This document shows, one piece after another, positions 36,893 through 45,808 of a stretch of DNA of 64,000 nucleotides. A program made the position numbers and the translations under genes. A model generated the notes under the pieces. That model ran no database searches. It had not been told where the DNA came from and worked only from the letters and a program-made list of their open reading frames with translations. The stretch is taken from the NCBI GenBank assembly GCA_041306075.1, contig JBFYKH010000071.1, positions 1,499 to 65,498 on the forward strand, read 5' to 3'. This stretch comes from Candidatus Altiarchaeota archaeon. Its GTDB lineage: Archaea; Altiarchaeota; Altiarchaeia; IMC4; SCGC-AAA252-I15. How positions within the stretch are numbered: the stretch's first letter is position 1; the number at the start of each line of letters is the position of its first letter.

Positions 36893-38062
36893 ATGACTGA
36901 CGTCGCAATAATAGGGGCCGGGGTGACCCAGTTCGGGGAATTCTGGGAGCGAAGCTACAGGGACCTGATAACCGAGGCGGGAGTGAAGGCGATAAAGGAC
37001 GCGGGCATAGACGGCATAGAAGTCCAGGCATTGTACGTGGGCTCCATGACGCCCGGCATCTTCATACAGCAGGAGCACATCGGCCCACTGGTGGCGGACA
37101 ACGCGGGCCTCACCGGCATACCGGCGACCCGCGTGGAGTCGGCCTGCGCATCGGGCGGAATAGCGCTCAGGGAGGCGTATCTCGCAATCAAGGCAGGCGT
37201 CGCGGACGTGGTCGTCGCGGGCGGCGTCGAGAAGATGACGGACGCCAGCATCGAGCACGCGACCGACGCGCTCGCAGGGGCCGCGGACCAGGAGTGGGAG
37301 GCCTTCCACGGGGTCACCTTCCCGGCATTGTACGCGATGATGGCGCGCCGCCACATGCTAGAGTACGGCACGACTGAGGAGCAGATGGGCATGGTCGCGG
37401 TCAAGAACCACCATAACGGGGCCTTCAACCCTAACGCGCAGTTCAGGAAGCCGGTGACGCTCGAGGAGGTCATGAAGTCCTCCCCGGTCGCGGACCCACT
37501 TAAGCTCCTGGACTGTTCCCCCATAACCGACGGGGCGGCGGCGGTCATACTGGCGAGCCGTGAGCGCGCCCGGGAACTCTGCGACAACCCGGTCTGGATA
37601 ACAGGCTCCGGTCAGGCGTCCGACACCCTGGCATTGCACGACCGCAAGAGCCTGTGCAGGACGGAGGCCGCGGTGAAGGCCTCGAAGATGGCCTACAAGA
37701 TGGCCAACGTCTCGCCCGCGGACCTGGACTTCGCGGAAGTCCATGACTGCTTCACGATAGCGGAGATAATGGCGATAGAGAGCCTCGGCTTCTGCAAGCT
37801 CGGGGAAGGCGGCAAGTTCACCGAGCGGGGGGAGACGTCCCTGAAGGGCTCGATGCCCGTCAACACGTCGGGCGGCCTCAAGGCGAAGGGCCACCCTGTG
37901 GGGGCGACGGGGATAGCCCAGGCGGTGGAGGCGGTGCTTCAGCTTCGGGGCAAGGCCGAGAAAAGGCAGGTTGACGGGGCGAAGGTCGGCCTCGCCCACA
38001 ACGTCGGGGGCAGCGGCGCCTCATGCGTGGTCCACATATTCGAGAACGAGGTGCGGAAATGA
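36893..38062 (+). CDS. Acetyl-CoA C-acetyltransferase (thiolase)
   Basis: N-terminus MTDVAIIGAG and the thiolase Cys (VESACASGG). The ORF track starts at a GTG at 36884. The ATG at 36893 is preferred. Confidence 0.88.
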   Translation: MTDVAIIGAGVTQFGEFWERSYRDLITEAGVKAIKDAGIDGIEVQALYVGSMTPGIFIQQEHIGPLVADNAGLTGIPATRVESACASGGIALREAYLAIKAGVADVVVAGGVEKMTDASIEHATDALAGAADQEWEAFHGVTFPALYAMMARRHMLEYGTTEEQMGMVAVKNHHNGAFNPNAQFRKPVTLEEVMKSSPVADPLKLLDCSPITDGAAAVILASRERARELCDNPVWITGSGQASDTLALHDRKSLCRTEAAVKASKMAYKMANVSPADLDFAEVHDCFTIAEIMAIESLGFCKLGEGGKFTERGETSLKGSMPVNTSGGLKAKGHPVGATGIAQAVEAVLQLRGKAEKRQVDGAKVGLAHNVGGSGASCVVHIFENEVRK

Positions 38063-38460
38063 CGGAAGGCCTTGCGTTGCACTGGAGGCTCATCCAGCCC
38101 AGGTACAATCTCGTCGGCAGCGTCTGCAAGACGTGCGGTCAGCATTATTTCCCGCCGAGGAACATCTGTCCGGACTGCAGGCGAAGGGGCGTGATAGAGA
38201 AGTTCAAGTTCTCGGGCGAAGGCGAAGTCTACACCTACACGGTGGTGCGCGCGGCGCCGACCGGGTTCGAGTACCAGAAGCCCTACGTCGTCGCGATAGT
38301 CAAGCTGAGTGAGGGCGCCCTTTGCACCGCGCAGCTCGTCGACTGCAGGCCGGAGGAGGTCGAGGTCGGCAAGCCGGTGGAGATGGTGTTCCGGAAGATT
38401 ATGGCGGACGATGAGGCCGGGATAATCCGTTACGGGTATAAGTTTAGGTTAAAGAGATAG
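38059..38460 (+). CDS. DUF35 OB-fold/Zn-ribbon protein (scaffold of the archaeal thiolase-HMGS complex)
   Basis: The C4 zinc ribbon (CKTCGQHYFPPRNICPDC) is followed by an OB fold. The start overlaps the thiolase stop (ATGA). Confidence 0.8.
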   Translation: MTEGLALHWRLIQPRYNLVGSVCKTCGQHYFPPRNICPDCRRRGVIEKFKFSGEGEVYTYTVVRAAPTGFEYQKPYVVAIVKLSEGALCTAQLVDCRPEEVEVGKPVEMVFRKIMADDEAGIIRYGYKFRLKR

Positions 38461-38630
38461 TTTAATCTAAATTTATAAATACGTGGTACCTTGGTTAACA
38501 AGAACACATTTAGAAAAGTAAATGTGCAAATGTAACCTATCTACCTCCCCCAACCACCCCCCCAAAACACCCCCTAAACCCCACACTCAGTTTTTTACCA
38601 CAACCACCACTAATCATAACCAAAACACAA

Positions 38631-38733
38631 GCCTAAAGCCAAGCCTGGATATTCGAGAACCCGGTGGGTTCTCTCACCCGGACAGCCTTCGGCTGTCCAA
38701 GGTGGCGTCAGCGAATCCAGGACGGCTTAGGCG
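38631..38733 (+). pseudogene. tRNA-like fragment: a duplicate of the tRNA-Arg D-arm and the 5' anticodon-stem strand, interrupted by a 51-nt hairpin-rich insert
   Basis: GCCAAGCCTGGATA and TGGCGTCAGC are identical to the downstream tRNA-Arg. They are separated by TTCGAGAACCCGGTGGGTTCTC...ACAGCCTTCGGCTGT. I could not fold a complete cloverleaf on either strand. Confidence 0.3.
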
Positions 38734-38745
38734 GAAAAAGACATT

Positions 38746-38820
38746 GGGCCTGTAGCCAAGCCTGGATATGGCGTCAGCCTTCTAAGCTGAAGATCCCGGG
38801 TTCAAATCCCGGCGGGCCCG
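38746..38820 (+). tRNA. tRNA-Arg (anticodon TCT)
   Basis: A manual cloverleaf gives acceptor GGGCCTG/CGGGCCC (one G-U pair), D-stem GCCA/TGGC, anticodon stem TCAGC/GCTGA with loop CTTCTAA, and T-arm CCGGG-TTCAAAT-CCCGG. No CCA is encoded. A T6 run follows at 38842-38848. Confidence 0.8.
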
Positions 38821-38855
38821 AATCCGATAAATTCACTTAGATTTTTTGTCGCCTA

Positions 38856-38870
38856 CCCGCCGGGCCCGAA
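38856..38870 (+). repeat. Imperfect direct repeat (14/15) of the tRNA-Arg 3' end, 48 nt downstream of it
   Basis: cccgccgggcccgaa here, against cccggcgggcccgaa at 38808-38822. Confidence 0.35.
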
Positions 38871-38961
38871 CAAGTATATCCGACCAGCCCCCACAACCTT
38901 TTAACGTTGAAAACTCATTAGAAGTGAACCCCCGCCATTCGCTTAATGCTTAGCCCCTACA

Positions 38962-39666
38962 ATGGTTTCAAGGAATCTTTGGCCGGTTTACCTGGGCATT
39001 TCCTTATGCGTTTGGCTGGCATACTGCGGCATCGAATATCTTTTTATTCTCGATGATGAAAGCAACCCCCTAGCGAACAGGCCCTTACTGGTTTTTTTGT
39101 ACGGTTTCAAGTACTTGCTTCTCTTTTTTGCGATATTCCTATTCTTTATGTCAGTGTATGTGTCGGCATTAGCTTACCCTGGCCAGACAACAAGGGTATC
39201 CCTCCTCCTTAGCATGGTGGTGGTGCCCTCGTTCCTCATACTCCCGCTTATCCCCCTAAGATTTTTGCCTCCACGAAGCGATATGGACGGCCTCGGCGCG
39301 GCAATGTACGTCCTGTTTTTCATTCCGATTTCAGCCTTGTTCTTCTTTGTGTCCTCCCTGATAATCTCCCAGGTCGCCAATAAGGTGGACTGCGTGAGAC
39401 GTAAGGAAAATAAGGCCTCTATATTCCTCTGGCCGATAGTCATATCCTGTTTACTCTTCTACCTTCTCTCTGCTGCAATATACCTTGAAAAAGATTATGG
39501 TTACAAAGACCCTTTGCCGATAATCATCATAACCGCCCTTACAGGATTCTCTCAGGGACTGCCATTTGTCCTTGTGTACGTCCCCATATACGCGCTCACC
39601 ATCTTGAATCTAGGCATATACTCAATTCGGCGGCGACTGCATAGCAAAAGTCGTAATTTACCCTAG
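38962..39666 (+). CDS. Low-GC (about 46%) polytopic membrane protein, unknown function
   Basis: 234 aa, about 7 TM helices, Phe/Leu/Ile-rich. Its composition is sharply different from the ~63% GC of the flanking genes. Confidence 0.5.
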   Translation: MVSRNLWPVYLGISLCVWLAYCGIEYLFILDDESNPLANRPLLVFLYGFKYLLLFFAIFLFFMSVYVSALAYPGQTTRVSLLLSMVVVPSFLILPLIPLRFLPPRSDMDGLGAAMYVLFFIPISALFFFVSSLIISQVANKVDCVRRKENKASIFLWPIVISCLLFYLLSAAIYLEKDYGYKDPLPIIIITALTGFSQGLPFVLVYVPIYALTILNLGIYSIRRRLHSKSRNLP

Positions 39667-39745
39667 TCCTCACTTCCAGAGGGTGTCGACGAAGTTGGTG
39701 GATTCGACTATCATCCGGCATTTCAGTAGCTTCTGAAAACAGGCT

Positions 39746-40186
39746 TCAGCGGTGATATCTATCCCCTGCGTTTATCGTGCACCCCCTGTAGACTTGTTCG
39801 AGGAGCATCACCCTCGCTAGCTGGTGGGGGAAGGTCATGTCCGACAGGCTCAAGGCGAGGCCGGCCCTTTGTTTCACGGCGTCGGAGAGGCCTTCGGGGC
39901 CGCCTATTATGAATGTGACGTCGGTTTTTTTGAGGAGTCTGGCCATCCCCTCCGATGTGAGCCGCATGCCGCGTCTGTCCAGGACGACGGCGTATGTGTC
40001 GTTGCGCAATAGGGCGAGGATTGCGTCGGCCTCCCTCATCATCGCGACCTCCGAGTTCTTGTCAGTGCACTCCTTGAGTTCGCGGACTTCGACCTTCGCG
40101 TACCTGCCCAGCCTCTTCAGGTATTCGCCTGCCGCCTCGGCGTAATGCCTTTCTTTGAGCCTGCCGACGCAGACTATCCGTATCAC
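39746..40186 (-). CDS. rlmH: 23S rRNA methyltransferase RlmH (SPOUT family)
   Basis: 146 aa. The C-terminal pattern IIGGPEGLS...LSLS.MTFPHQLARVMLLEQVYR...YHR matches RlmH. Confidence 0.8.
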   Translation of the reverse strand: MIRIVCVGRLKERHYAEAAGEYLKRLGRYAKVEVRELKECTDKNSEVAMMREADAILALLRNDTYAVVLDRRGMRLTSEGMARLLKKTDVTFIIGGPEGLSDAVKQRAGLALSLSDMTFPHQLARVMLLEQVYRGCTINAGDRYHR

Positions 40187-40875
40187 GGTAACCTATGCTC
40201 TGGGAGGCGATAAATACGGTATGTGTGTATGCGGTTTTCGCCGTCCGGCATGCTCCCTTCCAGGGGCATCTGCTCACCCGTCACCGCCTTCTCCCACACG
40301 GCGCCCTGGCCTGCGAGCACGTCCTCCAGGACTGTGGGCGTCCTCCTGCCGGCTTGCGTTCCGCCGGCTGCAGCTGACACTATATCGTCGGTGACCTGCA
40401 GGGTCTTGTTCACTCCAAAGCCGAGCGCCGTCAGACACAGCTTCAAGAGCTCTTCTACTCCCCCCCTGTGTGTGTAGCCTCCGGTCCCGTCGTCGTAGTT
40501 GAACAGGTTGAAGACGGCGACGTGGTCGACGGAGCCTGCCGGCAGCTCGCTCAGGTAGTCTTCTGCCCGGCCGTTATAGTCCCGGACGCGGGCGGGGAGC
40601 CTCCGGTACTCCATGGCGTACGCCATAAGCTGCGTGCCGTCCGGGTCCGCCCTCGCGGTATCGCATCCCATGAGCGCGTCAAGGTAGGGCAGTATGGACG
40701 AGCCGGATGCTATGTGGAGGCTGGTGTTCGGGCGGAGGCGGGCATCATCCGGGAAGACGGATTCCAGGTACAGGCGAAGCTTCCGGTAAACGGGGTCGGC
40801 CGCATTAGACGGCGCCTCAGGGACGTCGAGTCCGACGACTGCCCGGAGGGCGTCCTCCCTCCCCGGGTGGGCCAT
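40183..40875 (-). CDS. Hypothetical protein
   Basis: 230 aa. Translationally coupled to rlmH through an overlapping stop and start. No family recognised. Confidence 0.45.
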   Translation of the reverse strand: MAHPGREDALRAVVGLDVPEAPSNAADPVYRKLRLYLESVFPDDARLRPNTSLHIASGSSILPYLDALMGCDTARADPDGTQLMAYAMEYRRLPARVRDYNGRAEDYLSELPAGSVDHVAVFNLFNYDDGTGGYTHRGGVEELLKLCLTALGFGVNKTLQVTDDIVSAAAGGTQAGRRTPTVLEDVLAGQGAVWEKAVTGEQMPLEGSMPDGENRIHTYRIYRLPEHRLP

Positions 40876-41180
40876 CAGACCAGCGTCTCGGGCGGCTTCG
40901 CGGATATGATGTCGCTTTCAGCCCTGATGAGCTCATCGAGGTGCCTTTCCTCGTGGCGCCAGACGTACAGGCTCATGAGCGCCGCCAGTAGGATGATCGT
41001 CAGGGCCAGGAGGACTATAACGCCAGCCGCGACCGTCAAGGAGACCTCCTTGCCGGTGTAAATCAGGGCGGTGGCTATTATGCCGCTGCAGAGCAGGGAC
41101 GCCATGACCGTGAAGATTGTCCTATAATAGTCCCAGTATATCCGGCCTCTCTCCAAGTCGACCCTGAAAATCTTGTCCAT
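40875..41180 (-). CDS. Small membrane protein (2 TM helices)
   Basis: 101 aa with two hydrophobic helices and a charged C-terminus. Confidence 0.45.
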   Translation of the reverse strand: MDKIFRVDLERGRIYWDYYRTIFTVMASLLCSGIIATALIYTGKEVSLTVAAGVIVLLALTIILLAALMSLYVWRHEERHLDELIRAESDIISAKPPETLV

Positions 41181-41185
41181 GATAA

Positions 41186-42181
41186 CTATTTCCCGGCCTT
41201 TTTAATAACCGCCGGTTTCGTCCTCGCCTTCATCCTGTAGTACTGCAGCGGGTGCTTGACCTGGCAGTCCGCCTTGCAGAGGCCGTGCCCCCTGATGGTC
41301 TCGCAGGTGGGGCAGGTGTACTCTGTCCCCCCGCGCTCCCCGGTTATGAATCCGAGTTGGTAGACCGTCTTCTCCTCGTCGTACTTCGGGCTCTTGGAGA
41401 AGACCTTGAGCATCTCGGCCTGGGGGAGACCGAGGTTGGCCAGGAATGTGGCGAGTATGAACATCGCGTTGTGGGACGCGGCACCCGCCTCCATCGCCGC
41501 CACGATGCCCTTCATGCAGGGCGGCACGGCCTCGTCCTCGAGGGCATCCACCTTCGACTGGGGCCTGAGCCCTATGAGCGTCGCCTTCACGGCGGCCGCC
41601 TCCTTCTTGACTTCCTCCGGAATCCTCTTCAGGTCGATGGGCTCCAGGACACGCTCCCTCACCGCCTCCCTCACGAGGAGCCTGACCTCCTCCCCGTCCA
41701 CGTCGACTTTCCCCTTGTCGACGACGCGGTTCACGAGCTTCCACCTCGGATTCTTCCTGGCGGCCTGGGCTGCGAGCCTCACGTACCTTAGAACCGGCAT
41801 CCTCCCCTCGTCGACTTCCAGGCCGAGGTCGTCGGTCACGGCCTTCACTACCGGGGGGCTTTCGGCCTCGAGCATCGCGTAGGCCGCGTCCGCCTCGCCG
41901 TCCGCGTGCCTCTGTGCAGCCTGCGGCCCAGCAGCCTGCGCGAGCATCCTCGCGAGCGGGTAGCTCAGGACTGTGAGCTTCGCCGACAGTTCGCTGTCGT
42001 AGGCCGGCCTGTACTTCTGGGCGATGCAGTCCAGCACCCTCTCCCGCCCGTACCTGAGGGCGGCGGAGTAGACCGGGTGCGCTAGAAGCTCGCTGAACGA
42101 CAGGCCCATGGAGGCGACGTAGTCCCGGCTGCCCCTCAGGAACGGGTAGCGCGCCAGAAACGTGATATCCCCGGAATCCAT
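41186..42181 (-). CDS. priL: DNA primase large subunit PriL
   Basis: 331 aa. C-terminal Fe-S domain pattern (PPCMKG, NAMFILATFLANLG, CPTC...C...C, HPLQYY), as in archaeal PriL. Confidence 0.75.
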   Translation of the reverse strand: MDSGDITFLARYPFLRGSRDYVASMGLSFSELLAHPVYSAALRYGRERVLDCIAQKYRPAYDSELSAKLTVLSYPLARMLAQAAGPQAAQRHADGEADAAYAMLEAESPPVVKAVTDDLGLEVDEGRMPVLRYVRLAAQAARKNPRWKLVNRVVDKGKVDVDGEEVRLLVREAVRERVLEPIDLKRIPEEVKKEAAAVKATLIGLRPQSKVDALEDEAVPPCMKGIVAAMEAGAASHNAMFILATFLANLGLPQAEMLKVFSKSPKYDEEKTVYQLGFITGERGGTEYTCPTCETIRGHGLCKADCQVKHPLQYYRMKARTKPAVIKKAGK

Positions 42182-42205
42182 CCGTAATAGAATACGCCGC
42201 CCCCA

Positions 42206-43084
42206 TTAAAGGCTTTCCTTCGCCTTCAGCACCTGGTAGCTGACGTAGTCCCAGACCCTCCCCGAGAGCATGTAGGCTCCGTTCATGAACTTCTTGGACG
42301 CCTTCAGGGCGTCATAGTCGTCCGGCTTCACGGCCGCGGGCACGTAGCCGTCGTTCTCCTTCACAGGGTCGTCGACGAGGATGTATGTCCTGTACGCCCT
42401 CTTCTGCTCGTCTGTGGTTATCACGTGGGCGGTGAAGCCGACCTCCCATACGTCGCTCCACACGTAGCCGTCGAACACCTGGATGTCGGCCTTGTAGTTG
42501 CCTGGCTGCTCCATCATGTACCTCGTGGCTGGCCCGCTGAACTCCCTGCTCAGTATCGGCTTCGCGTGCATGTCGTGGGTTATGTCCGTTATGTTCAGCC
42601 TGGAGGTGACTATCTCCCTCCTGTCCGCGTCCTCCGTCGATATGAAGTAGCGGACGTCGTGGCCGACCATGAGGTTGCCTATCTCCAAGTACCTGACGAC
42701 CGGCCTCCAGTGGCTCAGGTAGTCCACCTTGACGCTGAACATGGTGTCCGTGTCGGCGCCGTATTCGACGACGTTGCAGCCGAGCTTGAGGGCGTCGGTG
42801 GGCTGCCTGTAGGCGTCGTTTTCGACGGTGAGGTTGAATATGTGCCTGACGCCGTTGACTGCGACGTACGGGTTCACGGTCGGTTCCTCCCCTTCGCCGG
42901 AGACTGTAATCGTCTGGTTGGTGGGGTCCACCTCGCCTTCCACGCACACAACGTACCTTCCGTCGACGCCGGGGTACTTCACCATCGTGTACCCCTCTGT
43001 GGAGTAGCTGAGCCAGGAGCCGGTCGCGAAGACCAGAACCAAGGTCGCGAAGACCAACAGCTTGACCGCCCCGGAAACGCCCAT
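42206..43084 (-). CDS. Secreted/exported hypothetical protein (N-terminal signal anchor, several N-x-T sequons)
   Basis: 292 aa with an N-terminal hydrophobic segment and an extracytoplasmic-looking composition. Confidence 0.5.
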   Translation of the reverse strand: MGVSGAVKLLVFATLVLVFATGSWLSYSTEGYTMVKYPGVDGRYVVCVEGEVDPTNQTITVSGEGEEPTVNPYVAVNGVRHIFNLTVENDAYRQPTDALKLGCNVVEYGADTDTMFSVKVDYLSHWRPVVRYLEIGNLMVGHDVRYFISTEDADRREIVTSRLNITDITHDMHAKPILSREFSGPATRYMMEQPGNYKADIQVFDGYVWSDVWEVGFTAHVITTDEQKRAYRTYILVDDPVKENDGYVPAAVKPDDYDALKASKKFMNGAYMLSGRVWDYVSYQVLKAKESL

Positions 43085-43207
43085 GGAATAAATTATGCGC
43101 CCGCCTATTTAATCGGCCGAAGGCATATCTTCTACGTGGCTTCGGCAGGCACGCGTCCGGGCAGGCTGCTCGCCCTGATAGAGACCCTACGGAGGGACAG
43201 GAGCGCC

Positions 43208-43567
43208 ATGGAGCTCGAGCTCCTCCACGGGGGCGCGGAAGTCGAGGAGGACCTGAAGCTCCTAGTCCGGCTCGGCCTCGCCGGGAAGGCGAAGGGCGTC
43301 GTCTACGCCACGGAGGCCGTCGACCAGCCGCTCACCGAGAAGCAGCTTGCGGAGGTCGAGGACCACGTCCTCGGCCAGGAGGAGGCGAGGGACTTCCGGC
43401 GGCTCATGGGGCTCTCAGGCGGCCTCAGGAAGGAGGCCGTCGCGGGGGAGGAGCCGCCCAAGCTGAATGGCCCCGACGAGGCCACCGTGAAAAAGTACGC
43501 GAAGAGCTTCCTCGACGTGTCCGAGATTGCCATGCGGCAGCGGGGGAGCAAGGCGGGTGGGGGATGA
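43208..43567 (+). CDS. Small hypothetical protein, possibly winged-helix. It may start at the upstream GTG at 43136
   Basis: It is the real C-terminal part of the artefactual ORF 42425-43567. Its stop overlaps the start of the downstream lipoprotein gene (ATGA). Confidence 0.4.
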   Translation: MELELLHGGAEVEEDLKLLVRLGLAGKAKGVVYATEAVDQPLTEKQLAEVEDHVLGQEEARDFRRLMGLSGGLRKEAVAGEEPPKLNGPDEATVKKYAKSFLDVSEIAMRQRGSKAGGG

Positions 43568-45198
43568 GGCGGCAGGTCGCTTGTCTCATGCTGCTTTCGG
43601 TCTTCGTCCCCGGCTGCATCATGGGCGGCCAGGTCAGCTGCGACGACGACAACCCCTGCACCTATGATTACCTAACGGACGGCTCATGCTCGCACAGGCC
43701 GCTCTCCGGCCCTGTTGACGGCTGCTTCGGCGCCGGCGGCTGCATGGAGTACTCGTGCTTCGACGGCTCATGCATCCTCCAGAGGCTGATGCAATGCTGC
43801 GGCAACGGCGCCTGCGACGGCGGGGAATCACCGGAGCGATGCCCCTCGGACTGCCAGGCCACATGCCGTGACGGCGAACGAAACCAGGGCGAGCAGGGCG
43901 TCGACTGCGGGGGGCCGTGCGGCCCCTGCGAATCCGAGCGGGCCAACTACCTGCGGAAGCTGGGGGAACTCAGGACCCAGTGGCAGGCGTCGGCATCCAA
44001 CTACACAGCGGCCCTAAGGGAGTACGAGGTGGGACGGAACGCCACTCTGCTCATGTCCGCGGCGCTCACCTCCTACGGCGAGTCCGAGAGGATAAGGGGC
44101 GTCCTCGACCGCGCAATCATACCCCGCGAGAACGCGCGGCTCCGCTTGATGTTCAACGACACGCTCAGCACGTACCTCTCCGCCCTCGAGGCGATGTCGA
44201 AGTACGCGGCCTCTGGCAGGGACGTCAACCGCCGGGAGGCGAACCGCCTCTCCGCCCTGGCGTTCGGGCTCGACCGCGACTTCGTCCGCGAATTCAACAG
44301 CGCGGTCGACGAAGTCAACAGGATGGAGCTAGGGTGCGTCAACTTCGTCCAGGACCCTGGTGAGGAGGGAGTCGACTGCGGCGGCCAGTGCAGGACACCT
44401 TGCGAGACTACGTTCAACGTCACCAAGCGAGTCACCGTGAGGATAGCGGACGGCCCAGCCAAGCTGACGGTCAACGTCAGCTCCCCGGCCATCAACTATC
44501 CCCCCCAGCAGAGGCTCATCGCAAGCTCGCTTGAACCTGAGCCGGACCGGGTGTCGAAGGACCAGGAAGGCAACGTCAACTACGAGTACTACCTCGACAT
44601 GCCGGCTTACGGAATCACCGACCTATACATCACGCAGACCCTCAGGTTCAAGAGGGCCGGATGGCCTGCGAAGTCGGCTTCCGCATACGAGAGCCCCCTC
44701 TACCTCCAAGGCAACAACTACAGCGCCCTGTCGGCGGACATATGCCGCGAAGCCGGGATAATCCGCTCGGGCGTCAACTCCACCCCCGAGTACCTGATGG
44801 CAGCCGAGGAGTGGATGAACCGGAACATCGCATACGAGCTCAACCACGAGGAACTCGGCGCCCAGTACTGCTACGCCAGCCGCCGGGGGGCGTGCGACGA
44901 GCAGGCCGACCTCTACGTGTCGCTGATGCGCTGCAATGGCGTGCCTTCCAGGCGGGTGACGGGCTCCCTCGTCAACGGAAGCCATCTCGGCGGCCACGCG
45001 TGGGCGGAATACTACGACGGCGGATGGGTGTACGTGGACCCCTCGGCAAGGCGGAGGGAGCAGGCCTTCACATTCGACAACAAGCACGTCGCCGCGTGCG
45101 TCGGCGAAGGCGCATACAACTGCGGAGTAGGCTACTACTACACGTACGCGAAGAAGCGGCCGAAGATAGAGATAACCGAGCGGACGTACATGCAGTGA
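43564..45198 (+). CDS. Lipoprotein with two Cys-rich modules and a C-terminal transglutaminase-like cysteine-protease domain
   Basis: Lipobox-like LSVFVPGC. Duplicated G-(E/Q)-GVDCGG-x-C-x-x-C-E modules. Transglutaminase core pattern (YCYASRRGACDEQADLYVSLMRCNGVPSRRVTG ... HAWAEYYDGGWVYVDPS). Confidence 0.7.
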   Translation: MRRQVACLMLLSVFVPGCIMGGQVSCDDDNPCTYDYLTDGSCSHRPLSGPVDGCFGAGGCMEYSCFDGSCILQRLMQCCGNGACDGGESPERCPSDCQATCRDGERNQGEQGVDCGGPCGPCESERANYLRKLGELRTQWQASASNYTAALREYEVGRNATLLMSAALTSYGESERIRGVLDRAIIPRENARLRLMFNDTLSTYLSALEAMSKYAASGRDVNRREANRLSALAFGLDRDFVREFNSAVDEVNRMELGCVNFVQDPGEEGVDCGGQCRTPCETTFNVTKRVTVRIADGPAKLTVNVSSPAINYPPQQRLIASSLEPEPDRVSKDQEGNVNYEYYLDMPAYGITDLYITQTLRFKRAGWPAKSASAYESPLYLQGNNYSALSADICREAGIIRSGVNSTPEYLMAAEEWMNRNIAYELNHEELGAQYCYASRRGACDEQADLYVSLMRCNGVPSRRVTGSLVNGSHLGGHAWAEYYDGGWVYVDPSARRREQAFTFDNKHVAACVGEGAYNCGVGYYYTYAKKRPKIEITERTYMQ

Positions 45199-45229
45199 GT
45201 TAAATAAGCGTCTCCCCAGGTTCTATTAC

Positions 45230-45748
45230 ATGGCACTCTACGGCTTCCGATGGTTCGACAAGAGCCTCGCAGGCTGCGCGGTATTCATGCTTAAGGAGGA
45301 CGTTAACGAGCTCAAAGGCCACGGCATAACCGCGGTCGTGTCGCTGCAGGATTTGGCCGAGACCAGGGATGCATGCCTGGAAGGCGGCCTGAAGCGCATA
45401 GTACTGCCGCTTGCGGGCGGCGAGTTGCCGGGCGAGGAGATGCGCACATCCTTCCTCGACTTCGTCAGGGGGGAGGCAGCAGCCGGCGGGAAGACTGTGG
45501 TGCACTGCGCCGGGGGGACGTGGAGGACGGCCCTGATGGGCGCGTACTGGCTGATAGAGAACGGCTCCACGGCGGAGGAGGCGGTGGAACGCGTCAGGTA
45601 CGTAATGCAACGCTACCAGCTAGACGGCCTAAGGGGATTCGCCCTAAAGAAGGCAGGGGAGCGGGCGTGCATCGAGGATGGCTTGAGGAAAGTGGCGCCA
45701 GCAGGCGACCAGGCCGGCAACCAAGAGCCTAAAACGGAAAAACACTGA
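45230..45748 (+). CDS. Dual-specificity/tyrosine protein phosphatase-like protein
   Basis: CX5R P-loop (VHCAGGTWRT). Confidence 0.7.
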   Translation: MALYGFRWFDKSLAGCAVFMLKEDVNELKGHGITAVVSLQDLAETRDACLEGGLKRIVLPLAGGELPGEEMRTSFLDFVRGEAAAGGKTVVHCAGGTWRTALMGAYWLIENGSTAEEAVERVRYVMQRYQLDGLRGFALKKAGERACIEDGLRKVAPAGDQAGNQEPKTEKH

Positions 45749-45808
45749 TTCTGCGGTCTATCAGCCGGCCGGAGAGGATTTTTATCCTGCGGGTTCCCGT
45801 AACCTAAC

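Noticed and set aside
36015-37031. 338-aa minus-strand ORF
   Set aside because: It is antisense to HMG-CoA synthase and thiolase.
38631-38733. Interpretation of the upstream tRNA-like fragment as a complete independent tRNA gene, with or without an intron
   Set aside because: I could not form a consistent acceptor stem plus T-arm on either strand. Only the D-arm and the 5' anticodon-stem strand are present, so it is called a fragment or pseudogene. A non-canonical split-tRNA precursor remains possible (see findings).
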